NCBI RefSeq assembly: GCF_009914755.1
Contig: NC_060925.1
Strand: one strand, 5' to 3'
Length of the DNA stretch: 64,000 nucleotides
Source of the DNA: the human T2T-CHM13v2.0 reference genome, Homo sapiens
Positions within the stretch are counted from its first letter, which is position 1, and every line of letters begins with the position of its first letter. This document shows positions 1 through 16,250 of this stretch, piece after piece. The notes beneath the pieces are model-generated. The model was not told where the DNA came from. It was given only the letters and a program-made list of their open reading frames with translations, and did no database searches. A program made the translations under genes and the position numbers.

Positions 1-214
1 GAATAAAAATATTTTAAATTGCCTTTTTAAAAAGTGAAAATTAATTTTTCCCAAAATATTTGTATCGATTTTCTGCATTAATATCTTTCTCATATTCCAA
101 AGTAGAGAGGAGATAAAGTTTCGTTTTTGAAAACATGATAATTGAATAAATCAATCAGGAAAATGTGAAAAATTATTATCTTATAGCAAACACAGTACTC
201 AGAAGGAAAAGATT

Positions 215-501
<287 letters not shown>

Positions 502-663
502 GGAAAAGATAAAAGTATTGTTACTAATTAAATATTGAGATCTTCAAGGACTCTTAAATATCATTTGAGAGCTTCATTTTTTTAAATGTGGTGGAAATTA
601 TAGATGTCATTTCCAAAGATCCATGGGAAATTTTATTTTTGTGCTTTACATTTTACTCTGTAG

Positions 664-777
664 ATTACGTTAATGGATGCCAATTATGTCATGGATGAAA
701 CTCTAGGGACAGCAACATTTACTGTATCTTCTATGAAGGTGGGAGAAAAGAAAGAAGTTCCTTTTATTTTCAACCAA
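664..777 (+). CDS. PLA2G4A: cPLA2-alpha exon (~exon 5), C2 domain, [15 protein letters not shown]...PFIFNQ
   Basis: ctgtag|ATT acceptor and CAA|gtaagt donor; 114 bp, phase 0-0. Hand translation matches recalled cPLA2 residues ~89-126, including Ca-binding D93/N95. Not in the ORF track. Confidence 0.96.
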
Positions 778-3700
778 GTAAGTAACACTGCAGAATTATA
801 TTCCAACCTTATGTTAGATAAAGTCTATTGATTCTGGGAAGTTGGGTTTAACACTTGGAAAATTGTATTTATTTGTTCATAGAATGTTTGCTTTTTAAAG
901 AGAAAATTTTGTTTTTCTTTTTACTTTTTGTCCTAATTTTAAAAATTATTCTGACATCTATAAACTTTGGTTGAGGTATTATACCAAACACTACTAAGGC
1001 TTTAATCTCCTTTGTTGCTCCAAATGATGACATTGGGATTCAGCAATGCCTTTGGACTCTAACGGCAAAATTTAATACAAAAAATTGGGGAGGATAAAAA
1101 GACATGCAAAATCTGAGAGCTGGGGGCAGAGAGAGAGAGAGAGAGAACAAGTAAACAAACTCAGTGGAAAATGTTAGGAAATTCAGACTATTCCAAAACC
1201 ACATGTTTAGTAATAAATCTCTCTGGGGGAATATTTCTGTCTCAGAGAATCCTCAAGTAAATAGGGACAAAGCAGTGAAAGGCCAAAAGGATTGATGGGA
1301 GGTTATTGTTATCTTTGACTTTCTAGGTTTGCTACATTTCTGAAATTTTGATAGTTTATTTTGGAATAATGAAACCTTAGGTAAATAATTTTGTACAGAA
1401 TAAACTCATTGGATTTTGAATTCTGTAAGAAACTAATTTAGTAGTTTGTAGTAAGAAATGTAAACAACTGGTGGGCCTGTATGTGTAAGGCTGGTTACCA
1501 TACTAATTTCTTTTTGTTGGGAGAGACAATGTGTCTCTGCGCATCTTTAGAATGACTTTCCAAGTCCCTACATTCACCTCAACCTACCTCTCCCTTAACT
1601 CTCAGCTTCTCCATGTTGCCTTTCCTGTTACTGTCCCAAATGAGTCTTCCTCCTTTGAGTCTCCATGATAATTATCTATGGTATTCATTGGGACTACATT
1701 ATTTATACTGTTCAATGTTTCATTTTCCTCTTGTAAACTAAAATCCTCTAAGTCAGGAAACTTGAAATACTGATTAAATGTGCCTACAGAATTAATTACA
1801 TAGATGACATTTATGGAATGAATGTGTACCTATTTAGAAACCAACTTAGCCCAAATGAGCTTCTTGACTAGTCCATGCAATCAGAATGGCCCAGGTACCT
1901 TGAGGATGCTCTGGTCCATGCACTCCTTGGTGCTTCCACCTGCTGCAGAAAGCATTTCTTCTGTCTCATGCCAAGAGATGCACTCACCACAATTCTGTCG
2001 ACCCCTTTTAAAGCTATTTCATTCATTCCTTTTACAAACATTTATTGAAGATCTGCTGTGTGCCAGCCATTGTGTTTTGTTCAAGGAATATAGAGAATAA
2101 GGTACAGGAAGTTCTTCCCTCAATTATCTCCCTCTGGGAAGGAGGTGAGTAAAGGTTGAAATGAGAAGTGGAAGTAGGGAGATACATACGTGTGATAAAA
2201 AGAAATCCCCAGACAGTGAGATAAGTACCAATGAGACATGTATAGAGTGCTATGGGAAGGCAGAATAAAGAACGATTGTGTTGTGAGAGGAGGCTAGGGA
2301 TGCCTCCATAGCAGTAGCTGATTTTGAACAAGTTGAACAGTGAACTGTGGTTAACACTTTGGCATTGAAAGACAGGCTGTTTGGTGTTTAAATTCCAGTT
2401 CTGTTCCTTGCCATCTGTTTTATTCTGGGAAAATAACACTTAACTCTTCTGTTCCTCAGTTTAATCATCTGTAAAATGGAAATAATATTTTCTAAGGGAA
2501 TCATTATGATTAAGCAAGTTAATTTTATTTATGTATATATAATACATGCATATGATAATATATAATATAATGTATATTACATATGAATACATTTAATTAT
2601 AATTTGATATATTTTATGGTTCAGTATATACTGACATATTATTTAGTTTATATATTAAGCATATAATTCAATAAGTGATTGAAAGTGATTAAAAGTATGT
2701 TAATACTATAAAGTAATTAAAATAAGTGATTAAATATATCGATACTATACACATATAGATGTGCACATGTATACATACAGGGCTTAGAACAGTTTCTGGT
2801 ACGTATTAGGCACTATATAAATGTTACTTGTCATTGTTGCTGTTATTACACCTTAAGAAAAGAGCAGGATTTCATCAGTAAAGTAGTTATGAGCATTCTG
2901 GGCAGAACAGATTGCTGAAGGCCAGAGTCTTGAAAGAAGAAAGCAAGCTGGGGCATAGCAAGATAAAGGGCTTGGCAGATCCATTTTGCTGAATCATAGG
3001 GAAGAGAGTGTAGAGGTGGTCAAAGGCTAAAATCTTCAGGCCTTAGTTATTGCATGTTTCTAGCATAGGCTCTCAGTAAATGTCTGTTGAGGGCTTTGGA
3101 AGCATGGATTGGACCTCCTGAAATCATTTTTCTTTTCTTTCTTCACTTTAGTTCATGATACAAAGACTGTTTTTGAGAGAAGATATTGTGGACAACATTC
3201 ATTTCCTCTCCTCTGTCATTTCCTATGGCTAGATGTGTAATCCCTAGGGCTCTAAAAAGGCTTTCCACATTCCTGAATTTAAAGAAGATTATGTAACTAT
3301 TTTTTTTAGTGTGCCTGAGAAAATAGTTGTCCAAGCAGGCTTTTCTTCATTACTCTGTTTTCAGACTTCTTTGTAGTTTTATCTGAATGATAATCCTTTG
3401 AGCTGCAGGGGTAGTTGGGAGAGAAGTAAGCATGATGGCTAAGGGGAGAGTCCCCTGCTTGTTCCTCAGATCATGTGGGAGTGCCCTGTGCCAGCCACCC
3501 AGCTATCCAGCCTCTGCCCTCAGCTTGGAATCCCAGTCTTCCTGATGATCTTTCTACAGTGTTTACAGAGGTTGTAAGAGAGAGAAGTTGGTGAGGGAGC
3601 AATGGGAGAGAAGAGATGTAAGCCTTGAAGATGGTTATGGCAACACAGTGGAGGAAAAACAGCACTTAGATTTGGTGAAGGGTAAACAAATTCTTCAAGG

Positions 3701-4033
3701 CAAAATAGTATTAGCAAAAACTCTTTCATAGTTTTGTCATCCAAACGTTAATACTGAGTCAACATAGAGTGATTTCTGTGTCTAGGAGACAGCTGGAGAA
3801 ATAACAGGAGCTTCCAAATGGAGATGGGCAGATTCCCAGAGCCCTGCTTTATTCACTTGGAGTCGAAACTGGGAATTGAGAGAATGGACCCTCGTTTTGT
3901 CTCTGTCATTCATAGCTCTCCAGAATGTTTGAATTGTTATCCTTTCTTTCTGAGTCTTATTTTCTTCATCTGTAAAATGAAGGGTTGGATTAAATTTTTC
4001 TAAGCTCCTAATTTGTAAAATTCTATGACCTAG

Positions 4034-4615
<582 letters not shown>

Positions 4616-7600
4616 ACAATACCTTATTTTCATTTGGCCTTCTTCACCCAAAAGCTTCCAATTCCTCTCATTTTACAGATATGGAAGCTAAATGATAATA
4701 ATGCAAGAATAAAAATCTATCATTTATATAGTATTATATAATTTAAAGATACTAACTTGTAAATAGATTGTGTTATTAATATGAGAAGAATATAAGCCTC
4801 TATTGTGCTCCTAAAATGTTGCTAAATATTAAAAAAACTGCACAAAAAGTACAATTTTCAAGGAACTAAGAATCTGTTTGGAAAGTATACTTTCATGTGT
4901 AAACAGACAGATAATAATAAGCAGTATCATGGGGTATCTATTCATTGATTTACTTGAGAAGTTTTTATTAAACAACTGTTATGTTCCAGACAGTATTCTA
5001 GGTGATAGACAGTATCCTGTGAACTCTCTAGGGAGCTTGCATTCTAATAGGGAAAGTAAACAGGCAATGATGAGCAAAAGAATGATCAACACGCCATCAG
5101 CTAATGAGAAATACTGTGAAGAAAATAAAGGTATGCAACAGAAAACAGTTGGTGGGCAACTGAAATTTGTATAGTCACAGGAGACCTCTCTAAAGCATTA
5201 TTATTCTTTAAATTTTATTATAAAAATGTTTGACATAGAAAAAGTTGAAAGATTTATACAGTGAACATCATATAACTGCCACCTAGATTCTATAACTACC
5301 ATTTTACCAAAAAAACTTACTTTTCTGATACATTTAAAAGCAGGTGGCCAATAACAGTATACTTTACCCCTACAAACTTCAGTGTATCATTATCTAGAGT
5401 TTAATATTTATGTATAATAAATGGACAGTGCAGGCAATGTGTGCAGTGAGTCATAAGAAGAAATTATTTATTCATTAATTCATTCATTTGACAAATAACT
5501 ATTGAGCCCTCACTATGTGGTAGACACTCTTTAGGCACTGCCTATTTCAGCAGTGAACAAAATGAACAAGAATCCCTACCCTCAGGAAACTTACATTCTA
5601 CTTAGCGAGACAGATGAAAAGCAAGGTAAATATGTAAAAGATACTCCTGCCAGATGATGATAATGACAAGTGCTAACTAAACTAGGGGCAGAGAATGGGG
5701 CAGTGTGTATATGTGTGTAAAGGGGTCACAAAGGCAGTTCCAAAAATTTAGTTAAGAAAGGTATCTTTGAGGATATCTGAGGACAGAAGGCACTCCAAGT
5801 AGAAAGGCTCTGAAGCAGAGTTGGCCTGGCAAGATGAGTAACAGCAAGTAGGAGAGTGTGGCTGGAGCACAAAGAAAGACTGGGAGGGAGACCGGGAGGA
5901 GATAAGGTCAGAGAGGTGAAGACAGGGCTGGGGGAGCAGGATCATTGCGGGTGACAGTGGACATCAATGGCTTAGGCATGTCCTTAAAGAAAGGGTGTGG
6001 TTGAGGTGGTTGGGTCTCTAAAGGGGCAGAAGGTAGTCCTGGTGAAGAGAACAGCCTATCTGAAGGCACTGGACTAGAAAGGACAGAGCATGTTTGGGAA
6101 ACCGTGCCTAGACAAGTTTGATGGGAACAGATCATCCATTCATGAAGGAAGAAGAGGTACACTGGGATGAGACTATGGCAGAGCAGAAATGTGAGATGTA
6201 AGAGTTCTGATGTTATCTTACTTACAGTAGTGGGTTATGGAAGGTTCGTGACCAGGTAATGGGGAACTGAGAGGGAACTTCTGGCTTTTTCCTCAGAAGC
6301 ATTAGCAAGCAATGTTAACAGGTAGAGATACCAAGAATGTTGATACTGAAAATGAAAAGGTGGGTGCAGCTTACCACAGACTGCTTCTGTGGAAAGTGAC
6401 TAGAATGGCGAGTGCAGGGTGACTTGAGGAAAGTCACACTTGGCACAGCTTTAATGTGTCAAGTAGAGTTGAATGCAATGATTGCTTAGAAGCAGTGAGG
6501 ATCCGCTGAAGGTGGAAAGCTGAATTACAGTGAATTCAGCTCTTTCTTAGACTTTGATTTTATCACTCAACTTTTATAACTTTGCTTTTTTGGAGGAGAA
6601 AGACAATTTTAGGGCTGCCATTGATAAAATCTGGGTTAAACTGTATTTGTTGGAGTCAAAAATTTAGAACATCAGAGTTGTTGTTTGAGAGATGCTGGCA
6701 CAACCTGCTGCTTTTGACTCAGACTCAGAGTCAGATGGCCACTTCCCAAGATGAAATCATGATTCTCCTACTTATTAACCATGTGATGGTGGACATGTTA
6801 TCTTTTCTGCCTTTGCCGTGCATCCTCATCTGTAAAACAGGGTTACATGTAGTACCTACCTCTTAGGTTGTGGTTATAATTAAATAGGTTAATGCGTAAA
6901 ACATATTAAGATACTTCCTGGCCCATTAAGCACTAAATAAATATTAAATATTCTCACTCTAATTATAATTGACCAGATTTAACTAAATGTGTATCATGTG
7001 CTTTATGAAGCTGATTTAACTGGATATCAAACATACTTATTTGTTTGAACTTACTGACCAAAATGAACTTGTTATTTAAATACTAAATGTAGAGCTTATC
7101 AATGCAGTGATCATTTGTTTCAGGATAGTTCAGAATGTGCCAGTCACTCATGACTGAATATGTCAAATGTGGTTTGGGGTTATAGTGGCCCATTTTAAAG
7201 TGGGAAGGTCTAGAATCTTCAGAATTTAGAGTGTTTTGTGTAAGGAAAGTAGCCCGCTTCAAAAGAATCATGGAAATGCCTAGGCTTAGAAGCAACACAG
7301 ATAAGATTATGCTTCTTTATTTCTCTGGATGAAATTAGTTTGTTTTGGCCAATACTTTGAGGAAAGTTGTCTCTAAGTTGACCTTGTGTTTTAGTTTGCC
7401 ATCTGTATTTAGAAGTTGGTGTTAAAAATAGCCATTCCTCATGGCTCCTGTGGCATCTATCTGATTTTGGCTGATTGCTTTCTTTGATTGTTGCTTATTC
7501 ATGAGTGCAACTTGAAAATGAATAAGATAGTTCCACAGAAGAGATAGTGATAAAGCTGAAAAAAAGAAGGGAGTTTTTATGGCTGAATTCAGAATGTTGT

Positions 7601-8507
7601 TAGTCTCAGGATGATGTCATTGGAAAATCACGTATTGATGTTTGAAAACAAAGACGGCAATTTACGTAAGTTATTGAGACAAAGTGGAGTTTGGAGGGAA
7701 AACAAGAGAACGATGTAATTTTGTGAGAAATTTGAGAGACCTTTCGCTAAGATGTTAAAACTGTTAGATATTGTTGCAGGACAGAGTTCAAATGTGGCTC
7801 AAGTAATTCCTGGCTTTAATAGAGAATGCATTTTTATTTTGGGTCACTAACAATTGAAACAAGTGAGACTTTTATGACTTTTATGACAATTTATAACTTT
7901 TAAATTTTAGGGTGTTTCAGAATGCTCTTGCATTCTTGGGATTCCTCTGTTGGATGGTAAGTTCTATCATGGAGTAGAACGTGACTAGCTTATTTACCAT
8001 TGTGTACCCATCCTGGCACACATTAGGCACTTGGATCATTTTTGGATGAATGAATATATGAATGCACTTACAGGAGGTGCTATAAACCTGGGAAGTGCTT
8101 AGACAGGAGTAGTGAAAGTAATGAAGTTTAAAAGAGAAAAGTTAGACAGTCTGAGAAAAAAGAGGTAATAGAGTGGTTTGGTAGTAATGCTTTAGGAACT
8201 CTGGTTTCATTGTATGAAAGCTAATGGTTACCCAGATCTTCAGAATTTCCACTGATGTCCATGTAGGAAAAAGGACCTTAAATTAAGGAACATGAGATTA
8301 TCATCAAATGTAAGGAGGAAACTATGAGAGTGTGGAATGTGGCCACAGGGAAGACAATGGTCTTTAAAAGTCTTTCAAGTCTGTTAAGAACAATTTTTTT
8401 GTGTGTGTGGGTTTGGGGGGTGGACACAATTATCCTGAAATCTTGGGTAATGGATTAGATGATTCATGGTAGGAAAAGCTAATTTGTTTTACTAAAAATA
8501 TTATGTG

Positions 8508-8856
8508 TAGCTATATGTTGCTTAACAATGGGGATACATGCTGAGAAATGCATCCTTAGGTGACTTCATTATTGTGTGAACATCATAAAGTATGCTTACA
8601 CAAACCTAGATGGTACAGCCTGCTATACACCTAGGCTATATGGTGTAGCCTATTGCTCCTAAGCTGCAAGCCTGTATAGCACGTTACTGCACTGAATACA
8701 ATAGGCATTTGCAGCACAATGGTAAGTATTTGCATATCTAAACAAACATATCTAAACGTACAAAAGATACAATAAAAATATAGCATTATAATCTTATGGG
8801 GACCACTATTGCAAATATGTTTCATCATTAAAACATCACTATGCAGTACATGACTG
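8508..8856 (+). mobile_element. Tigger3a/MER7A-like TcMar DNA transposon
   Basis: GCTTAACAATGGGATACATGCTGAGAAATGC...ACAAACCTAGATGG...CATGACTG|TA matches the recalled consensus. Confidence 0.8.
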
Positions 8857-8871
8857 TATATTGAAAAATGA

Positions 8872-9478
8872 CTCTCAATTCATACAAAACCACATCCAGG
8901 CCATCATCAATCATTCTATACGACAAATGCTCCTTCTAACAACCCCACAATATCACCCCTTATCACAAAATCTTTCTTCAGTTTAATCTCTCCCACTCTA
9001 GTTCCATGCTGCCCCTAGTCCGGCTCGAAGCAGCCCTGAGAAACATCGCCCATTATCTCTCCATACCACCCCCCAAAATTTTTGCTGCCTCAACACTTCA
9101 CCACTATTTTGTTTTGTTTTTCTTATTAATTGCACGTACACATCCAGGTAGCCTGAGGCAACTGAAGAACGACAAAAGAAGTGAAAATGGCCAGTTCCTG
9201 CCTTAACTGATGACCTTACCTTGTGACATTCCTTCTCCTGGACAATAAGTCTCCGGAGCTCCCCACTGAGCACCTTGTTACCCCCGCCCCTGCCCACAAG
9301 AGAACAATCCTCTTTAACTGTAATTTTCTACTACCTACCCAAATCCTATAAAACTGCCCCACCCCTATCTCCCCTATCTCCCCTTGCTGACTCCTTTTTC
9401 GGACTCAGTCCGCCTACACCCTAGTGATTAAAAAGCTTTATTGCTCAAAAAAAAAAAAAAGAAAAAAGAAAAGAAAAA
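8872..9478 (+). mobile_element. Retroposed, 5'-truncated HERV-H RNA copy: env tail, U3-R (LTR7 family) and poly(A)
   Basis: Reads SQFIQNHIQAIINHSIRQMLLLTTPQYHPL (HERV-H env C-terminus by recall); LTR7-like U3 with TATAAAA 9347-9353; ATTAAA 9427-9432; A tail from 9447; no U5; TSD GAAAAATGA 8863-8871 / 9479-9487. Confidence 0.87.
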
Positions 9479-9995
9479 GAAAAATGATTTTACCAGTGTC
9501 TTATTCAACTTTTAAACATGCAGAATTTATTAGATGTGAGTTTGCATGTATTGATAGGGTTGTAATTTCTGCTTTGCACTTGGATTGCCTCCTTGTCAGA
9601 TCCACATCCTGTTCCTTCCTTACACGATTGAGGTACAATGTACGGAAACATGATTCTAAGTAAAATTGACCCTTTAAAAATGACTTTATTTATTATCCTG
9701 CACAGGTCAAGTAAATATGGATAAAGCAGAACATATTATGTAATTCTCTTGAAAGATGTGAATAATGATTGAATCAATATGATGATTAATTGCTGTTTGT
9801 TTCTACCTAGAAAAAAAAAAGAGTAAATTAGGGATCAGAATTCAAAATAATGTTTTATTGAAAGTAAATGTTGTAAATATTGGAGTACGTAAGGGAAGTC
9901 ATAGCATATTTGAAGAACCCTTTACTAATAGGATAGATTCTCAAGTTTGAAATTATTTTGCTATATGCATCTTTTTTGTAATAATCATTTTAAAG

Positions 9996-10510
9996 CAGGG
10001 GTCCCCAACCCCTGGTTCTGGTCTATGGCAAGTTAGGACCTAGGCTCCGCAGCAGGAGGTGAGAGTTGGACGAAGGAGCAAAGCTTCATCTGTATTTACA
10101 GTAGCTCCCCATCACTCGCATTGCTGCTCCGCCTCCTGTAAGATCAGCGGTGGCATTACATTCTCACAGGAGCATGAACCCTATTGTGAACTACAAGTGT
10201 GAAGGATCTAGGTTCATGCTGCTTATGAGAATATAATGCCTGAGGATCTGTCACTGTCCCCCTTCACCCCCACATGGAAGTCTTAGTTGCAGGAAACAAG
10301 CTCAGGGCTCCCACTGATTCTATGTTATGGTGAGTTGTATAATTATTTCATTATATATTACAATGTAATAATAATATAAATAAAGTGCACAATAAATGTA
10401 ATGCACTTGAATCACAAAACCATCCCTGCTCCTACCCCGCCACCCTGGTCCATGTTAAAATTGTCTTCCACAAAACCGGTCCCTGGTGCCAAAAATGTTG
10501 GGGACTGCTG
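9996..10510 (+). mobile_element. MER1A-like hAT-Charlie DNA transposon
   Basis: TIRs CAGGGGTCCCCAAC / GTTGGGGACTGCTG and a perfect 8-bp TSD TTTTAAAG (9988-9995, 10511-10518). Confidence 0.9.
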
Positions 10511-11296
10511 TTTTAAAGCACTTCCTTATTTTCAGGCACTATGCTTGTTGCTTTAAGCTTCACTATTTCAAAATGACTCTGGAGAGTTTTCAAGATAATT
10601 AGTGGGTTAGATCCTTTAAAAATTATTTGAAAGGCTGAAATGGCTTTTAGTTTTTATAGTTTATCTCCTCCAGTTCTCCACACTCTCCTTTAACTGAAAA
10701 TCTCCAATTGTAAACATCTAAAATTGCTTTCCGCTGGGGAATTTAAAGATGACATTGCTGCTTTTCACAAGAATACATAATGGACACAACCAACTTCTTC
10801 CTAAAAAAGGTGGAGTTCTAATTAGTTCTAGCTCTAAGCTAAGTATTAGGGTGTTGGGGGAAGCCTGGAAGAGGTGATCATTCTTCTTTCTAATTGCCCT
10901 AATAATACAAGCAGCATGGAAGCCTGTAATGCAGAGATGCTTTATGCCATGTGTGGGAAGAAGTTTACAGTAATTGTTTAATGCCTCACAGGAAGTACGT
11001 TTTTATCTGAATGACATGTTCTAGGTAAAAGGTGCAGAGAGATTATAAATATCAAGCTTATCATGCATAGCATGTCTGAACATAGTGCACCAAGCAAGAG
11101 GATTTTAAATTTCCTCCTGGTTGTGGGTGACCCACTTGTGCAATGAGGAAGTGAGGATCCTAATCCGTGTGACAAGAACCTTGGCAGCACAGCCTGTAAC
11201 ATTCAAAATGGCAGAAAAATCCTGTGCCTTCTCTTCCGTTATCCTGCCTTTGTTTAAAGAGTCTTGTCACTCCATCCAGGATCATGAATGTCTTAG

Positions 11297-11785
<489 letters not shown>

Positions 11786-13533
11786 TGAGCACTTTCTGTC
11801 ATGAGACGGCACAATGAAAGAGGCCTTGAATCTTTCCATTTATTAGAAAACTCTACATAGAGTTGTAATTGTTAATGTTATTTCCATCCACTCACAATGG
11901 CTTTACACTCTGGTGATAAAAACATTAAATCTAGTATCATTTTAAGGGCAATTTTTATGTATTTCTTGAAAAAAAAAGACCATGCTTTACCCATATCTTG
12001 CTTTCTTCTAAATTGCATTGTCTGTTTGGTAGCCAATCACCCTTTGACGTTACATTCATCTGAGCATGCATTATTCCATGTGTCCTGGGATTCTCAATTA
12101 GTTTATTAACTTTAAAAATATGTATATGCTTCTTTGATGAAAGAATGCTCATAGAATTCTATATATAGGAACTGTTTTCTGGGTCAGACCATCCCATGAT
12201 TTTGTCCCCAATAGTAATCAGCTATTTCTTGATGAGAAAAGATTGCCTGATGCACTCCTCCTCCTCACACACACACACACACACACACACAAACGAACAG
12301 TAATTTGACAAATATGTGTTATCTGTTGTATGCCAAATACTATACAATGGACTAGTAATAGGAACCTATATAAGACAGAGCTTACAGTTTAGTGAGAGAG
12401 GCAAATTTTTGTATAGATGTTTTCAATACCTTTTGCTTACTCATGAAATTCAGCACTGAGAATCAATCATCTATGAACTTATTTTAACCTTTTTGGAAAC
12501 CTCCTTCTAGTCTGTGTTTTTCCCTTCCTTGAAACTCAAGAGGGTAAATCTAATAATCTATAGCATTTTATGTTGATTCTAAAAATTTCCTCTGCACATT
12601 TCAAGAGGTATATCCTAGTTCTGTTCTACTTGAAGTTATTGAACAAGTTAGCTCTATCTATGTTCTTATGGTAACCTGATACAATAAAAATAATAACACA
12701 TTTACAACTGTGTAGCAACTTTCAAAGCATTTTCTCATTTGGTTCTTATAACAATCTACAATTACATTTTTCATAGCTAACGCCAGGGATAATATTGAAA
12801 AGGCCTTTCTGTACAACAGATTTACAGTCTCTGGAAAGACAACTCTTAATATCTTAAGTGGATATTAATCATTTTCTTTCCTTTACACAAAAATTTTCTC
12901 TCTGGCAGGATGTCCTCCTTCAATATGTTTGATAGGCTCAAATAGTGTTGAAATAAATAAAAACCAGAGGCTCCAGATCTCATTAGTAGATGTTTCCCGA
13001 GTCAACTACAGTTGGCTGGATCCTAGGTCCTACTGCCTGCCATGAATGGGTGTTGTATTTTCAGCTTACTACAGCCTGCACTTGTCTCAATTATACATGT
13101 GTGAACTTTCACCCAGGTTGATTCTAACCTCTGGGCCATTACAGCTTCTGATTTTGTGGCCTGAGGCAGCTCCTAAATAATAGACACAACATCTCAGTAG
13201 TTTTTATATCTCAGGCACTTTTTATATTTTGTAAATAGTAGTTGTGGTGAGCTACTTTATTTTACTGAGGGAGGAAAACAACCAGGCAGAGATAATTCTT
13301 GTGTTTGCTAAAATGACGTACTAAGTAGACTTACAAAAAAAATACCAAAAAGTTGGTTTACTGAAATACGCCTGTAGTTTAGGGTCTTCATGGAGCTGTG
13401 TTACTTTTATTTTTAGGGTTTTGTTTTTTTGATTAAAAATAATCTGGCACTCAAAATTTATTTTGAGTTTGTTTCCATGATATAAACACATATCTACTTT
13501 ATGACCTAATCTGATTAACATGTCTTTTTTTAG

Positions 13534-13571
13534 GTCACTGAAATGGTTCTAGAAATGTCTCTTGAAGTTTG
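13534..13571 (+). CDS. PLA2G4A: cPLA2-alpha small exon (~exon 6), VTEMVLEMSLEV
   Basis: ttttttag|GTC ... GTTTG|gtaagt; 38 bp, phase 0-2, continues the frame of the previous exon. Confidence 0.95.
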
Positions 13572-15459
13572 GTAAGTGCATTTATTTAGTTGGATGAGAA
13601 ATATTGTGAGTGATCCACTAATTTATTTTAATTGTTAAAGAATTTTTTTATATATAATTCTGCAGCTGTGAACATATAGAAGTGCATTATGTTTACTTTG
13701 CTTTTCTTTAGTTGTCTGTTAATACCTACAAAATCTTTACAAACATATTCTTATATTCATTATTCTTATATTTTAATATGCTTTGCTTATTTTTCCAATA
13801 GTTTCATGGTCATATAATAATGTCAGAATAAGTGCTTTATGAAAGAGTCCTCCCTCTAGTCGTACATCTATTCCCATAGAAATGAATGCAGTTATTTAAG
13901 CGCCTCTTCTATTGTTGATTCAGGTAGATATTCAAAAACATAGAAGTGAACTTAAACAGAAACTATATAATAATTTTTAAAATTGAGACTGATTTTATTC
14001 ATACTGACCCAGCTGGACTACTGCTAATAATGTTCCATGAAGCATACTGCTCTTTCAAAATGGCCTCCAAAACTGAACGTTAGGGAATCATGTACTTATT
14101 TTCAAACGGCGAATTTTAGGGTAGGCAAGTCTGCCTTGATCTAACTGTTCTCTGATGTAATAATGAGTTCCCTTAACCTCTCTGCATCTCTTTGAACTTC
14201 CCTGTTGAACTTGATTTGACCAAAGTTATTAGTACATATTTTACACAAATGCCACGAAAACAAATTGAACATTTTCACATCTGGTGATTTGGCAAATGCA
14301 TGATAATAGGTACATTGGGTTTAGGCATTTGTTTATTGTATTTTGATCCCTGGAACATGTGGATTTGACTTAGCAAGTGATTGGCATAAATGTCCACAAC
14401 CTGTTAATATAAGTCAGCAAATATCAAAGGATAGTCCAAGTTATTGTGTTGCATTATTTTGTATTAAGTTCATTCTTGCTTAAAAGTGGTATATTTTGGC
14501 ATGAGATTAGAAACACTTGTTATTTGACTGACTATGGAAGTAATGCTTTTGTTTAGCGGGGAATAGTCTTCACTGAGGTAATTAGGACATATTTTTATAA
14601 TATTAAAAATTTCTTTTTTTGTATGTTAATTTATGTCAGCTCTAGAATAGAAATTGTTTTCAAAGAAAAATTCAATTTATTCAAAGAAAAATTTTCCATG
14701 TCATGCCTTCTATTAAAAATAACATAAAAGCAAGAAAGAATTAATTAGAAAGTTAAAAATAATGCATAAAAGTAAATTAACCATAATTCTACTACTGAAT
14801 TTATAAAATTACTCAGAATTTTTTGAATTTTCATCCAGATTTTGAAAACTGATATCCTTAAAACATCTAGGTCATTATACTGTTCAAAAATTTTTTAAAA
14901 ATCATGATTCTTTTTTAAAAATTATATATAACAGAACAGTATATTACAGAGAACATGACTTCCAGAATAATAAGACCTAGATTTAATTCTACTACTTTCT
15001 AATTATGTTAGTGATTGATAGATTTCTAATCACTTATTTACTCACTGGTAAAATAAGAAAAGAATACTTTCTAAGCATATCACTGTGATTAAATGAGGTG
15101 TTCTTTCTAAAGAGTACATATACAATAGGAAATTTTCATACACGTATACCACATGTTAATAATGGTGCTGCTTGTAATAGTTTACAAAACATTGGAAATT
15201 ATTTCAATATTTATGGATAAATAGATTATAGTATACTAATATAATGAAATACTACATAATAGTAAAAGTGTTTGAATTACTTTTATTTATATAAGCACAG
15301 ATGATTCTCAAAAAAAAGTGTTCACTGGAAAAAATAATTTGCACTAATTACTAAAAACCTGCAAAATGAAAACCTTATTTAGGGACATAAATATATATTG
15401 TAAAATTATAAACATATATAGAATGATGAAGATTAAATTTAAGTAGTGATTACCTTTAA

Positions 15460-15840
<381 letters not shown>

Positions 15841-15932
15841 TTTAATTTCTTATAGTGTTTAGAAGATACCTAACCTAATATGTCATTATAAAGAATAGTA
15901 ATAGAAAAGAGTGTAGCCCAAGATTAGACTTA

Positions 15933-16250
<318 letters not shown>

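Noticed and set aside
6518-6541. AGCTGAATT...AATTCAGCT hairpin
   Set aside because: 9-bp arms can arise by chance in 64 kb and are too short for a pre-miRNA.
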